Assembly (NCBI RefSeq): GCF_009914755.1
Contig: NC_060928.1
Direction: 5' to 3' (one strand)
Length of the DNA: 64,000 nt
Source: the human T2T-CHM13v2.0 reference genome, Homo sapiens
The notes under the pieces were generated by a model, which saw nothing but the letters and a program-made list of their open reading frames with translations, was not told the origin of the DNA and did not search any database. Shown here in pieces: positions 1-11,663 of the stretch. Within the stretch, counting starts at the first letter, position 1. Each line of letters starts with the position of its first letter. Both the position numbers and the translations under genes were made by a program.

Positions 1-248
1 TCATTAAACTACTTTATTCATTAAACTATTCATTTGATACTTCTATTCATTAAAGTATGTATTGATACTTCTATTCATTAAACAAATGCATATTGAAGCA
101 AATAATAAGGTATGCAAAGAACAAGCAAACAAGGTCCATAGTTAATTATTTTAAAAAAGGAAAGAATAAGATGTAAAATCTGAGAGGCATCTGGAGACTT
201 TTCAAAAAATATATGTAATATCAAGTTAATACAATATAATACACAGGA

Positions 249-493
249 TTAACTAAGCAATTTGTTTTGGCTTTTGTGAATCATTAAAATCAAGTAATTT
301 TGGTGAACATTTCACAACATTTGGTGAATTATTAACAAATACAGTAGTCCATCATTATTTGAGACAGATAGGTTCTTAACTGAGCAATTTGTTTTGGCTT
401 TTATGAATCATTAAAATAAAATCAAGTAATAAAAACATTTTAGTGAACCAGCAACAGATGCATTCATTCCCCTTATTTGAGAGGAATATGTTC
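249..493. repeat. Diverged ~127-bp tandem duplication that copies the MER44 left end
   Basis: ttaact(a/g)agcaatttgttttggctttt(g/a)tgaatcattaaaat starts at 249 and 376; units end ttatttgagacagataggttc / ttatttgagaggaatatgttc. Confidence 0.8.
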
Positions 494-816
494 CAAGACC
501 CCCAGTTGATGCCTGAAGCCACAGATAGTACTGAACTGTACATATGCTACATTCTATATTTTTTTCCTCTCCATACATACTTATGATAAAGTTTAATTTG
601 GATAGCATAGTAAAAGACTAGCAACAGCAATAACTAATAATAAAATAGAACAATTATAAAGATATACTGTAATGAAATTTATGTGAATGTGGTCTCTCTC
701 TCTCTCTCAAAATATCTTATTGTAGTATACTCACTATTGTTGGACCATGGTTGAGCATGGGTTATTGAAACTGCAGAAAGTGGGACTTTGGATATGGGGG
801 GACTACTGGACTACTG
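460..816. mobile_element. MER44 (Tigger7-derived TcMar MITE)
   Basis: ccccttat..gttccaagacccccagttgatgcctgaa body; right TIR ggggggactactg, with gactactg duplicated (801-816) then TA. Confidence 0.85.
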
Positions 817-1502
817 TAATACTTTCCAGTTTGAAGAGCAGCTTATATGTTTAAAGTAAAAATATCCCTCTGTAGGCCAACCTTTGGCAAGAGTCAAGTA
901 AGTGCCATGCAATGATGAAGATTGCTCCTGTGCAGAACTCCATGCTTCCATTGCCACAGTTCAGGTAAAGGCCCAGAGTTTTGAGTAATCCGGGAAGTTT
1001 TCCATCTCTCCCTCTTTCTCCTTAGCATCCACAGCTTTACCACTATTATCTGCCTCAGAATTAGGCCATCCCTCACGTAGTTCCACATATCCCTTTTTGT
1101 AAACTGCCTCCCACTGATTCTTCTCTTCTGAAGCCTTTTCAGTGTGCATTTATCCTCATTTCTTCTGTGAATATTCTTTTTATCTTCTAATAATTAAAGT
1201 CTAATGATACTTGGTGGTATTGCTTCCTCTGTAGCCCCCATGTGGTGGCTGGTTTCCTCTTTAACACTGAGCCTTGAGATAGAGGAAGTACCCTCCTTCC
1301 TTCTTATTGCTGCTTCCAGACAAACTTCCCAACCTCCTAGTAATATAAACAAGCAAACATCTTGAATCTCTTGTTATCACACTATACCTTCTCTACATTT
1401 CTGTTTCTAGTCATCTACACTCCTGGGGAGTGTATCTTACTTGCATCAACTTTACCCCTTAAAGATTTCAACTTTGAATTACTGCCACTCTCCTATTCCT
1501 GT

Positions 1503-2052
1503 TGAGAAAGCAGTTTTTAAACAAATAAATGATCAGTCCCTGTCATCTGGAAACTAGGCCATGTTACTTTTTTATTGGGTATAAACAGCCTCACAGAATA
1601 TCAGCCTCAGACTATGAGACTAAGGGGAGACAAAGTAAGACTATTTTATAATTTCGTCTAAGCACAGACAAAAATAAGGTCAATGCGTTACCCCAGATAT
1701 AAAAGATCCCTCTTATCTTGACTACTAAAATAAGTAATTTCTACTTCTTTAGCAAGGATAACTTTAGATTTGCTCTAGTGTCCCCTTCCTGGAGATAAGA
1801 TTTGTTGAACAACAGATTTGTTCCTGCTTCCTGACAGCATTCAAGTCTGTAGTGGACTCAGCTTCTTTAGATACCCGCTCAAGTCCCTCAACCAAAGTTC
1901 AAACCCTATAATTGGTTCTTGCTAATACCCTCTTACTGAGATGCTCCATGATTTCCTGTGGTGTGTGTTCTTCCTCACTGCAACAAGATAAAAAGCCCAC
2001 CTGGCTCAAATACAGATGTGTTCCTGTGATCCTAGTTTCGAGGGTATTGACA
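1503..2052 (+). mobile_element. Solo LTR, ERV1-like (MER67-like; family tentative)
   Basis: TG...CA ends; 4-bp TSD ctgt (1499-1502, 2053-2056); TATA-like ctataa ~1907; 3' end gagggtattgaca. Confidence 0.7.
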
Positions 2053-2612
2053 CTGTCAGAACTCTTAGTGATGTCAGCATTACATTTTAACACCCTGACC
2101 CCCCAGTTCTTTATATTATCTTCCACCTTATGGCAGGCACCTTTCATTTTCATGTTCTTTTCCTTATAATTAGTAATAACTTTAATCTATTCATAACCTT
2201 GATACCATTCATCTGACTCACATTCTGCCTCCTGCTGTGTTTACAGCTCATTTGTCCTAGTTAATTCAAATGCAAAAACTCTATCTTATGAAAATTTTTA
2301 TTCAGCTAATTTCACCTGTTCACTATCTTTCACCATTTTTCACCCTGTCTTATCTTCACTTACATCATTTCATGTCCTTATACAGCTAAAATTCCATGGG
2401 CAATCATTGTAATCAGTTCCTTGCACACACCAGCAATTCTGTGACCCCCCTCCTACTTTGTCAGACTTACTTGGTTAGACCACCAGCTTGGTTAAATGGC
2501 TCCTGCTCCATGCCTACAGCCGTCCTGCTGAATGATGCTAAAGAGAAGACAAAACCTGTACTGACTGTTCTCACTTTAAATTCATGACTCTGTGTAAGTG
2601 GGACATTGATAT

Positions 2613-4030
2613 TGTGTCTGGACTCGGTGGGTTCTTGATCTGACTTCAAGAATGAAGCTGCGGACCCTCGCGGTGAGTGTTACAGTTCTTAAAGGCAGCG
2701 TGTCCAGAGTTTGTTCCTTCTGATGTTCGGATGTGTTCGGAGTTTCTTCCTTCTGGTGGGTTCGTGGTCTTGCTGGCTCAGGAGTGAAGCTGCAGACCTT
2801 CACGGTGAGTGTTACAGCTCTTAAGGCGGCACGTCTGGAGTTGTTCATTCCTTCTTGTGGGTTTGTGGTCTCACTGGCTTCAGGAGTGAAGCTGCAGACC
2901 TTCGCGGTGAGTGTTACAGCTCATAAAGGCATTGTGGACCCAAAGAGTGAGCAGCAGCAAGATTTATTGCAAAGAGTGAAAGAACAAAGCTTCCACAGTG
3001 TAGAAGCAGACCCCACCGACTTGCCACTGCTGGCTCGGGCAGCCTGCTTTTATTCTCTTATTTGGCCCCACCCACATCCTGCTGATTGGTCCATTTTACA
3101 GAGAGCCAATTGGTCTGTTTTACAGAGAGCTGATTGGTCCATTTTGACAGGGTGCTGATTGGTGCATTTACAATCCCTGAGCTAGACACAAAAGTTCTCC
3201 ATGTCCCCACTAGATTAGCTAGATACAGAGTGTGGATTGGTGTATTTAAAAACCCTGAGCTAGACACAGAGTGCCAATTGGTGCATTCACAAACCCTGAG
3301 CTAGACACAGAGTGCCGATTGGTGCATTCACAATCCCTTAGCTAGACATAAAGATTCTCCAAGTCCCCACCAGATTCAGGAGCCCAGCTGGCCTCACCCA
3401 GTGGATCTCACACCAGGGCCGCAGGTGGAGCTGCCCACCAGTCCCACGCCATGCGCCCGCACTCCTTAGCTCTTGGGCGGTGGATGGGACCAGGTGCTGT
3501 GGAGTAGGGGGCGGTGCTCCTTGGGGAGGCTCAGGCCATTTAGGAGCCCACAGCATGGGGGCGGGGGGGAGACTCAGGCATGGTGGGCTGCAGGTCCCCA
3601 GCCCTGCCCTGCGGGGAGGCAGCTAAGGCCTGGCGAGACATCAAGCGCAGCACTGGTGGGCTGGCACTGCTGGGGGACCCGGCACACCCTCCACAGCTGC
3701 TGGCCTGGGTGCTAAGCCTCCTCACTGCCCGGGGCCGGCGGGGCCAGCTGGCTGCTCTGAGTGCGGGGCCACCGAGCCCATGCCCACCCAGAACTTGCGC
3801 TGACCCACAAGCGCCACACGCAGCCCTGGTTCCCGCCCATGCCTCTCCCTCCACACCTCCCGGCAAGCTGAGGGAGCTGGCTCTGGCCTCGGCCAGCCCA
3901 GAAAAGGGATCCCACAGTGCAGGGGTGGGCTGAAGGGCTCCTCAAGCATGGCCAGAGTGGGCGCCGAGGCTGAGGAGGCACTGAGAGCGATCGAGGGCTG
4001 CGAGGGCTGCCAGCACACTGTCACCTCTCA
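2613..4030 (-). mobile_element. Solo LTR12 (LTR12C/D-like, ERV9)
   Basis: Minus strand begins tgagaggtgacag and ends ..cagacaca; 4-bp TSD atat (2609-2612, 4031-4034); GC-rich U3, ~41-bp gagctagacacagagtg repeats, U5 repeats. Confidence 0.95.
3040..3350 (-). promoter_or_regulatory. LTR12 U3 promoter/enhancer (CCAAT array plus TATA-like AATAAAAG)
   Basis: Seven attgg (CCAAT on -) between ~3085 and ~3322; cttttatt at ~3047-3054; LTR12 promoters are known to be NF-Y dependent. Confidence 0.65.
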
Positions 4031-4511
4031 ATATTACCAGGTATTCCTACTACATTTTCTGCATCATCAATTCTCCCCTATTTCCTGAGTGTACTTCTTT
4101 CTTTTTCCTTAAAACTCCCAACTTCATTTTTGCTCTCAGCTGAGAGTACCAAGCTTCCTATTTCACTAAAATATTGGAACAATCTAAAGAGAATTTCCAC
4201 AAGCTATCATCATCACTCACTTCCATACAACTGTGTCTGCAGGTTTCCTATTGTCCCTCCTATTACTAAATTAAAGAACTGTTCATACTCTTCATCAAGG
4301 TCAATCCCTCTCCCTGTGCTTCATATTTCATCCCTTCTGTCTACCCAAGGATATTTTTGCCTCCCCTCTCTCCCACATTATTAGTATTATTTTTACCTCT
4401 ACTAGAGCTTTCCTTTAACTATGGAAATGTGCTTTGATTTCTCTCATCTTAAAAACTTTTTCTTGTCCTCACTTCCTGTTAAAATTAATGCTCATTTTAC
4501 TCTTTCCTAGT

Positions 4512-4923
4512 TGTGATGTTTAATTTTATATGTCAGTGTGGCTGGGCCACAGTGCCCAGATATTTGGTCGAATATTATTCTAGATGTTTAGGGGTGAGAT
4601 TTATATATTTACAGATTTTAAGTAAAACAAATTGCCCTCCATATTGTGGGTGGGCCTCCAATCAGTTGAAAGCCAGAATAGAACAAAAGGCTGAAATCTG
4701 CCATTAGACAGCCTTCAGGCTACAGCTGCAACATCAGCACTTCATGGTCTCTAGCCTGACTGCCTTTGGACTCTGACCGTAACTCTTTCCTGAATCTCCA
4801 GCTTACTGGCCTCCTCCATCAGATTTTGTTGTTGCCAGAGACTCCACAATCACAGTAGCCAATTCCTTAAAATAAATCTCTAACCTGTTGGTTCTGTTTC
4901 TCTGGTGAACCCTAACTAACATA
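4512..4923 (+). mobile_element. MLT2 (ERVL) solo LTR
   Basis: Start tgtgatgtttaattttatatgtcagtgtggctgggccacag; end ctgtttctctggtgaaccctaactaacata. Confidence 0.85.
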
Positions 4924-6462
4924 CCATTACAGCAAATTCCTTGCTGGTGGTTTATATACATTGTTTCCAGTGTCTCTACTTCCATTCTCTCTTTTCACCC
5001 ACTCCAATCAATTTTTCACCCCGTAACTTGTCAAAATTTCTCATCAAGAACACTAATGACTTCTAATTAACAATAATGGCCAATTTTCATCCTCTGTAGA
5101 CAGGATAATACCTCTTTTGCTCTCCCCGTATTCTAATTCCTGGCATTTGTTAATACCTCTAAAAAAACTAAAATATTATTTTTAGCCATCAATCCTAACA
5201 CAATGCAAACTGACAGTGAAGTCTAATTCTTATAGCATTCTTGCTAGTAGCTGAAATACCAAGGCATATTGGGAAGCAAAAATAGGCAGAATGGCTATAA
5301 GGTACATGAGAGGACAGAAAAAATGTATTGGCAGATTTTTTTTTCTGAAATATTTAGCTCATTTTCTGTGATTAGTTTTAAAATTCTTTCCAACATTTTA
5401 AAAGTTGAAAAGATAATAATAACAAAAGTAATAGTATTCTTGTTGATGCCAGTGTTGTGGACTAGAAAACGGTTTTCAGCATCAATAAGTTATAAAAGAA
5501 ATAATGTGTTGGAGCTTTCGTTGCATCTTTAAAGTTTTTGCTGTGATTTGTACCTACAGTACATTTGGTAATATGCTCTCCTCTATTTCCTTTCATGACT
5601 CACATAGATTTGCTGATCATGAAGAGCACAATCTATTTTTCCCACTTGTGAATAAATATAAAACACAATGTTGAAAGTTGTATTCATCTACTTTACGTAG
5701 GCCAGTATAGTGCTGGCACTATAGGCTGCATGAGTACCATGTTTCCCCACTTCTCTTTTTTACACAGTGTTACCTGAGGATAAAAAATTGTGGTCTAAAA
5801 AATACCACTCCATATGGCCCTACCCTCTGATAGGTTTTCTCAGCTGCAGCTTCACTGTGTGCATAACCTCACTATGGGGCTCAAGGAAGCTGTTGGACTA
5901 GAAAAAATTTCATTGCTGCTGTCCATGGGAAATTATTTGACATAATGTAGCTGCTTTTCATTTCAGGTAACAACCTTTGAAATATAGTAGGTATCCTTAA
6001 AAATTTGCAAATAGCCTCCTCCTAGCTATCTCTGCTTATTTCTCTTGCTGGACTTCCCTGCATAATCATTGGTTTGCTAGAGTGAGACTCAGTCATAGTC
6101 ATGCCTTGTTTGTTTATGATATTTTCCTTTTGTGTTAATATATAATGCTTTTCATTTTTCCACTTTTAAAGAGATCAGAGTAGTATTGCAATTGCCAAGC
6201 ATCTACCATGTATAATTCAAATTGATCAAACTGAGTTATTGTAGCTAAGGAAAGACAACATATGTTTCGTATAACTGTCCTGCTATCTCCCCATGTCATC
6301 TCTGCCCTCCAAGATTGTAGCTGCTATTCTTCTGTCCTTACAGCCACAATGCTGCATGAGAAAACCCTCTTTTGTTTCTGTATCGTCAGATCAAAAACAT
6401 GGTTAGGCTGAGCAGAGCTGGACTAGAGGCAGGGAGGGAAAAGCAGAGGATTGGAACCCAGG

Positions 6463-6820
6463 TGATATGGTTTGGTTCTGTGTCCCCACCCAAATCTCAT
6501 CTCATATTGTAATCCCCAGATGTGGAGGAAGGGATATGGTGGGAGGTGATTGGATCATGGGGGTGGTTGCACCATGATGTTCTTGTGATAGGGAGTTCTC
6601 ACGAGATCTGATGGTTTAAAAGTGGGATTTCCCTTGCTCTCTCTTCCTCTGCTGACACCTTGTGAAGAAGGTGCTTGCTTCTCCTTTGCCTTCCTCCGTG
6701 ATTGTAAGTTTCTTGAGGCCTCCCAAGACATGTAGAACTGTGAGCCAATTAAGCCTCTTTTGTTTATAAATTACCAAATCTCAGGTATTCTTCATAGCAA
6801 TGTGAAAACGGACTATGACC
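6463..6820 (+). mobile_element. THE1D/MSTA-type MaLR solo LTR
   Basis: tgatatggtttgg..tgtccccacccaaatctcatc start; ..gaaaacggactatgacc end; near-TSD ccagg/gcagg. Confidence 0.88.
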
Positions 6821-6904
6821 GCAGGTGTACAAAATCCCTATTCTATCTCAAAATAAAGGCATATATTCTGCTATCAGTTACTTTAAGTGTGAATGGAGAT
6901 TAAA

Positions 6905-7068
6905 GTACTGGACTGAGAGGCATGAGGATCTTGTGTTGGTTCTCTCATTAACTAGCTGTATTACCTCAGGCAAGAACTTTAACTGCTCTAAACTTCAGGT
7001 TTTTTTGGTAAAATGAGGCATTGTGTTTATAAATAATTTCTGACGTTCTTTCCAGCTTTAAAGTGCTA
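6905..7068 (+). mobile_element. MIR
   Basis: Core actagctgtattacctcaggcaagaactttaac..aaaatgagg. Confidence 0.7.
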
Positions 7069-8445
7069 CGCATTTAGGGCACTGCACTTCCTTCATTTAT
7101 ATTACTGATTTTAGGTTTTCCACATATTTTTCTACTTTACGTTAGATGCAATTTAGGGTATATACGAAAAGTGGTGTCAGAAATGTTATTTTGGCACTTC
7201 CTATATCCTTTTTATCTTTTCCACTGAAGTATAATTTTGAATGCCAAATTGAATAATTGTTTTCATAAATGTTATGTATATTTTTCTTGATATTCTGCTT
7301 TCCATATGTTTTATACATTTTCTGCATGAAGCAATTTATTTTAATGAGTTTGTTCATTTTGAAATCAAATAGAGCCATAATCTCCAGCACTTTTTTTTTT
7401 TTTTGTCAGCTCAGTCTCTTTAGATGTCCTGAATCGTTTTTTTCCAAATTGTATTTTTCTTCATCAACTGAGCCCATATTCAGGACGAGGGCAGAGAATC
7501 ATTTTCAGGATGATTCTGAGGTCAATATGAGGAAGTACAAAATTAGTAGCAGCTTTTACAAGAATAGACAATTGCACGAGCCTACTTCATTTGAAGGAAG
7601 AATCTGTGGCTATAAACCCAACACTTGGGAATTTTGTGATAACAACTTAGATGAAAAGAGAGACTGAGCTAAATGAATAGATTGGTTGCCTTATTTCACC
7701 AGAAAATATGGGCCTCTTTGACGAGGTTGTAGTTGCTAGGATGACCTCATTAGCCACTTCCTGCTGCACGTTATGATAAGATCATCATGGCATGTGTCAT
7801 TCTGGTCAAGAGAAGAACTGCCAAGAATGATTTTATATGATTTCTGTGTTCATAAGTTTAAGTATGCAAAACGGGGCTCATGTTAATAGTAAGGGAGAAT
7901 TTTCTATGTGCAAAGGTTACATACACAGAAGGATTTGTTCTGAGGAAGCTGAAGTATATCTTTTATTAAATAACTTTTATAGTAGATCAAGCAGCTCTGT
8001 TTGGGGGAATAATTCCTTTGACTTGGAAACGACTTGAACCTGATGATCTACTGAGAATGTTTTAGTTTGGTTCTATTATTTCAAATGGTTATTTTCTCAC
8101 ATAATGTTATCTTTTCATTCTGCATATAGTACTTTATGTTCAATTAATACTTCCATTTTTGCAACTTTGAAGCCTACACACCCACCCACTGTATGCTGGT
8201 TGAAACCAGCAAAACAGGCAAACTATTAGCTTTTCTTCAAATTACTGACATGATGAAATAGTATTAGGGGAAGATCTCCTTTGATGGGATATTATTGTTC
8301 ATGCCAAATTTGAAAATACTCTTTAGAGCTTTTAAGACCATTCTTCATTTAAATGGAATAGCTATAGAAATATTGCTGGATTAAGAAGTAGGGTAGGTGG
8401 GTTACTTACGTGAATACTAAACTATAAAGAAGAGTACATCATTGA

Positions 8446-8771
<326 letters not shown>

Positions 8772-9329
8772 TTACTAAAATATTGTGAAATATGTGCAAA
8801 GATATATAAAATATTACTATAACATTTCTAGCAAAAACATAGTTGAATAATACTTTCATAAGTCATTTGGAGCATGAAATATATTGTCCCTAATCTGCCA
8901 TTAAAGCAGGGTGGCACCTACTGTAAAGCTACTATTTTCTTAGTAGAATGTGCAGTTGGGAATAGAGCTTTTGAGATGTTAGAGAATTTGGGAATAGCCA
9001 CAAGGGGGCTACGTTTCTATTCTCTTCCCACACAGTAGTCTGTGTCTTCTATAAGTAAATGTTTGATTATTTAAAGTATACCAATGTGAAGGAACAGCAA
9101 AGTATTATCCTGACTCAGGTGCCCACTGTTTGTATTATCTTTCTGTTCTTCCAATTTGAATACAGGAAAGCCAAATCTTGGCAATGTATTTATACATTTT
9201 GGCAGTTGGTTTGTCTTTATTATAAAATACATGATTTTATATATTTATATATAATTTGGATATTTGTCCCCACCCAAATCTCATGTTGCATATAGTCATG
9301 AATGCTGGAGGTGGGGCCTGGTTGGAGGT

Positions 9330-11663
9330 TAATATGGTTTGGATTCGTGTCCCTACCCAAATCTCATGTTGAATTGGAGGAGGGGCCTGGTAGGAGGTAA
9401 TTGGATCATAGGGACAGATTTCCCCTTTCCTGTTCTTGTGATAGATGGATCTGATGGTTTAAAAGTGTGTGGCACTTTATAAGTTACCCAGCCTCAGGTA
9501 GTTCTTTATAACCATGTGAGAATGGACTAATACAGAAAATTGGTACCAGAAAAATGGGGCACTGCTATAAAGATACCTGAAAATGGGGAAGTGACTTTGG
9601 AACTGGGAAATAGGCAAAGGTTAATTGACTCACAGTTCCATAGGCTGTACAGGAAGCATGGCTGGAAGGCCTCAGGGAACTTACAATCATGGTGGAAGGC
9701 AAAGAAGTGAGTCTTCACATGTTGGAGCAGGAGACAGACAGAGGGTGAAGGAGGAAGTGCCACACACTTTTTCTTTAGCATTTACTTGCCTATCCTTAGA
9801 CTTAGCAAACACATTTTCCTTTTTCTTGAGGTGATTACCTTGTGTTCATTTTGGTTCACTTTGGAACATCATAAATTCCTCTTGGGAAGAGTCAAGATCC
9901 ATGCTTGCTGCTTTGTTGTATTGCTAGTACTTAGCACATTGTCTAGAACATGCTTGGTGATATTTAGTGCTAGCTAGATGTACATACAAATTATGGGGCT
10001 GAACGCTATAGATAAACACAATATTAAATATTGCTCATGTATCGAGCCAAACCACAAAGCTTTTATTAAATACATAAATGATTTCATTCTTTTCTAACCC
10101 ATTCTGCCTCAGAGTTTTACAGATAACTTTTCACTTTTATTTTACTATCCACCATCACTATTTTACCTTAGACTTCATTTGTGATGCCCCTAAGTCCTTT
10201 AAGTCATATTTACTTTTCTATGTTTGGAAATAGGGAAAGCAACCATGTTCCTAATGGGAAAAGGCCTGGACTTGGGATAAGAAGACATGGGTTTATTAAT
10301 TGTGTTACATTATACAAGTGTATTTAACTTCTTTGTTACTGTGACAGTCTTTGTAATCCCCATATGCCTATAAAAAAGTGGGTAAAAAGCATAAGTTACA
10401 TATGTATATATATAACTCTCTCTATATATAAAACTTAATATATATTTTATGTAAAACTGTATATATATTTGCAATTCATATTCAATTTTATGCATATAAC
10501 AGATAAATGATATGACATTTAAAATAATAACCAGATCTAAAAAAGATATATATTAGATACATTTATTCTGGATTAGATAATAAAATAAGTGTGTTAGTTA
10601 ATAATTACTTGTTGCCAAAATTGCACTTGAAGATCCCTTGGAATTCTTTGTTTATTAAACCTCTACTAGCGCAGCGTGGAGAGGAAATGTGGAGTTGGAG
10701 CCCCCACATGGAGTCCCCACTGGGGCACTGCCTAGTGGAGCTGTGAGAAGAGGGCCACCATCCTCTAAACCCCAGAATGGTAGCTCCACTGATGGCTTGC
10801 ACCTTGCACATGGGAAAGTCGCAGGCACTCAATGCTAGCTTGTGAGGGTGGCCTGGAGAGGGGCTGTACCCCACAGGACCACAGTGGCAGAGCTGCGCAA
10901 TGCCTTGAGAGCCCACCTCTTGCATCAGCATGCCCTGGATATGAGACATGGAGTCAAAGGAAATAATTTTGGAGCTTTAAGATTTAACGACTGATCTGGG
11001 CTTCAGACTTGCATGGGGACTGTAGCCCCTTTGTTTTGGCCATCTTCTCCCATTTGGAATGGGAGCATTTACCCAATGCCTGTACCCCCGTTGTATCTTG
11101 GAAGTAACAGACTTGTTTTTGGTTTCACAGGCTCATAAGCAGAAGGGACTTACTTTGTCTCAGATGAGACTTTGGACTGTGAACTTTTGAGTTAATGCTG
11201 AAATGAGTTAAGACTGGGGGACTGTTGAGAGTGGATAATTGTATTTTGCAATGTGAGAAGGACATGAGATTTAGGAGGGACCAGGGGCAGAATAATATGG
11301 TTTGGATTTGTGTCTGCCGCCCAAATCTCATGTCAAATTGTTGGAGGGGCCTGGCAGGAGGTGATTGGATCATGGGGCATACTTCCTCCTTGCTATTCTT
11401 AAGATAGTGAGTGAGTTCTCATGAGATCTGATGGTTTAAAAGTGTGTGGCACTTCCTCCTTCACTTGTTCTCTCTCTCCTGCTTTGACATGTGAAGACGT
11501 GTTCACTTCCCTTTCACCTTCTGCCAAGATTGTGTTTCTTGAGGCCTCCCAGTCATGCTTCCTGTACAACCTGCAGAACTATGCATCAATTAAACCTATT
11601 TTGTTCATAAATTACCCAGTCTCAGGTAGTTCTTTATAGCAGTGTGAGAACAGACTAATACCA
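9330..11663 (+). mobile_element. Rearranged MSTA-type MaLR provirus (5'LTR 9330-~9534, internal pieces, 3'LTR 11293-11663)
   Basis: 5-bp TSD gaggt (9325-9329, 11664-11668); both LTRs start with the same variant taatatgg; MST-int gaaaattggtaccag.. and aacctctactag..ggggcagaa (PPT). Confidence 0.88.
10245..10395 (+). mobile_element. MIR fragment inside the captured segment
   Basis: ggaaaaggcctggacttggga..gacatggg..taacttct. Confidence 0.5.

Larger units (their letters stand above)
1060..5100 (+). mobile_element. Degenerate LINE-2 ORF2 region interrupted by three LTRs
   Basis: L2-like motifs (tgcttcctctgtagcccc..gtggtggct, ctcttagtgatgtcagc, gcttggttaaat, ttaaattcatgac) continue across the insertions at 1503-2052, 2613-4030 and 4512-4923. 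Confidence 0.7.

Noticed and set aside
961-1149. Protein-like 62-aa minus-strand ORF
   Set aside because: Antisense frame of pyrimidine-rich, partly L2-like sequence; no recognisable domain or splice support
3170-3350. ~41-bp repeats as a CRISPR-like array
   Set aside because: Known LTR12 U3 tandem units without unique spacers; primate DNA
2582-4024. Cluster of overlapping GC-rich ORFs
   Set aside because: Incidental frames within LTR12
7269-7667. 132-aa ORF
   Set aside because: Low-complexity T-rich first half, non-ATG start, no recognisable homology
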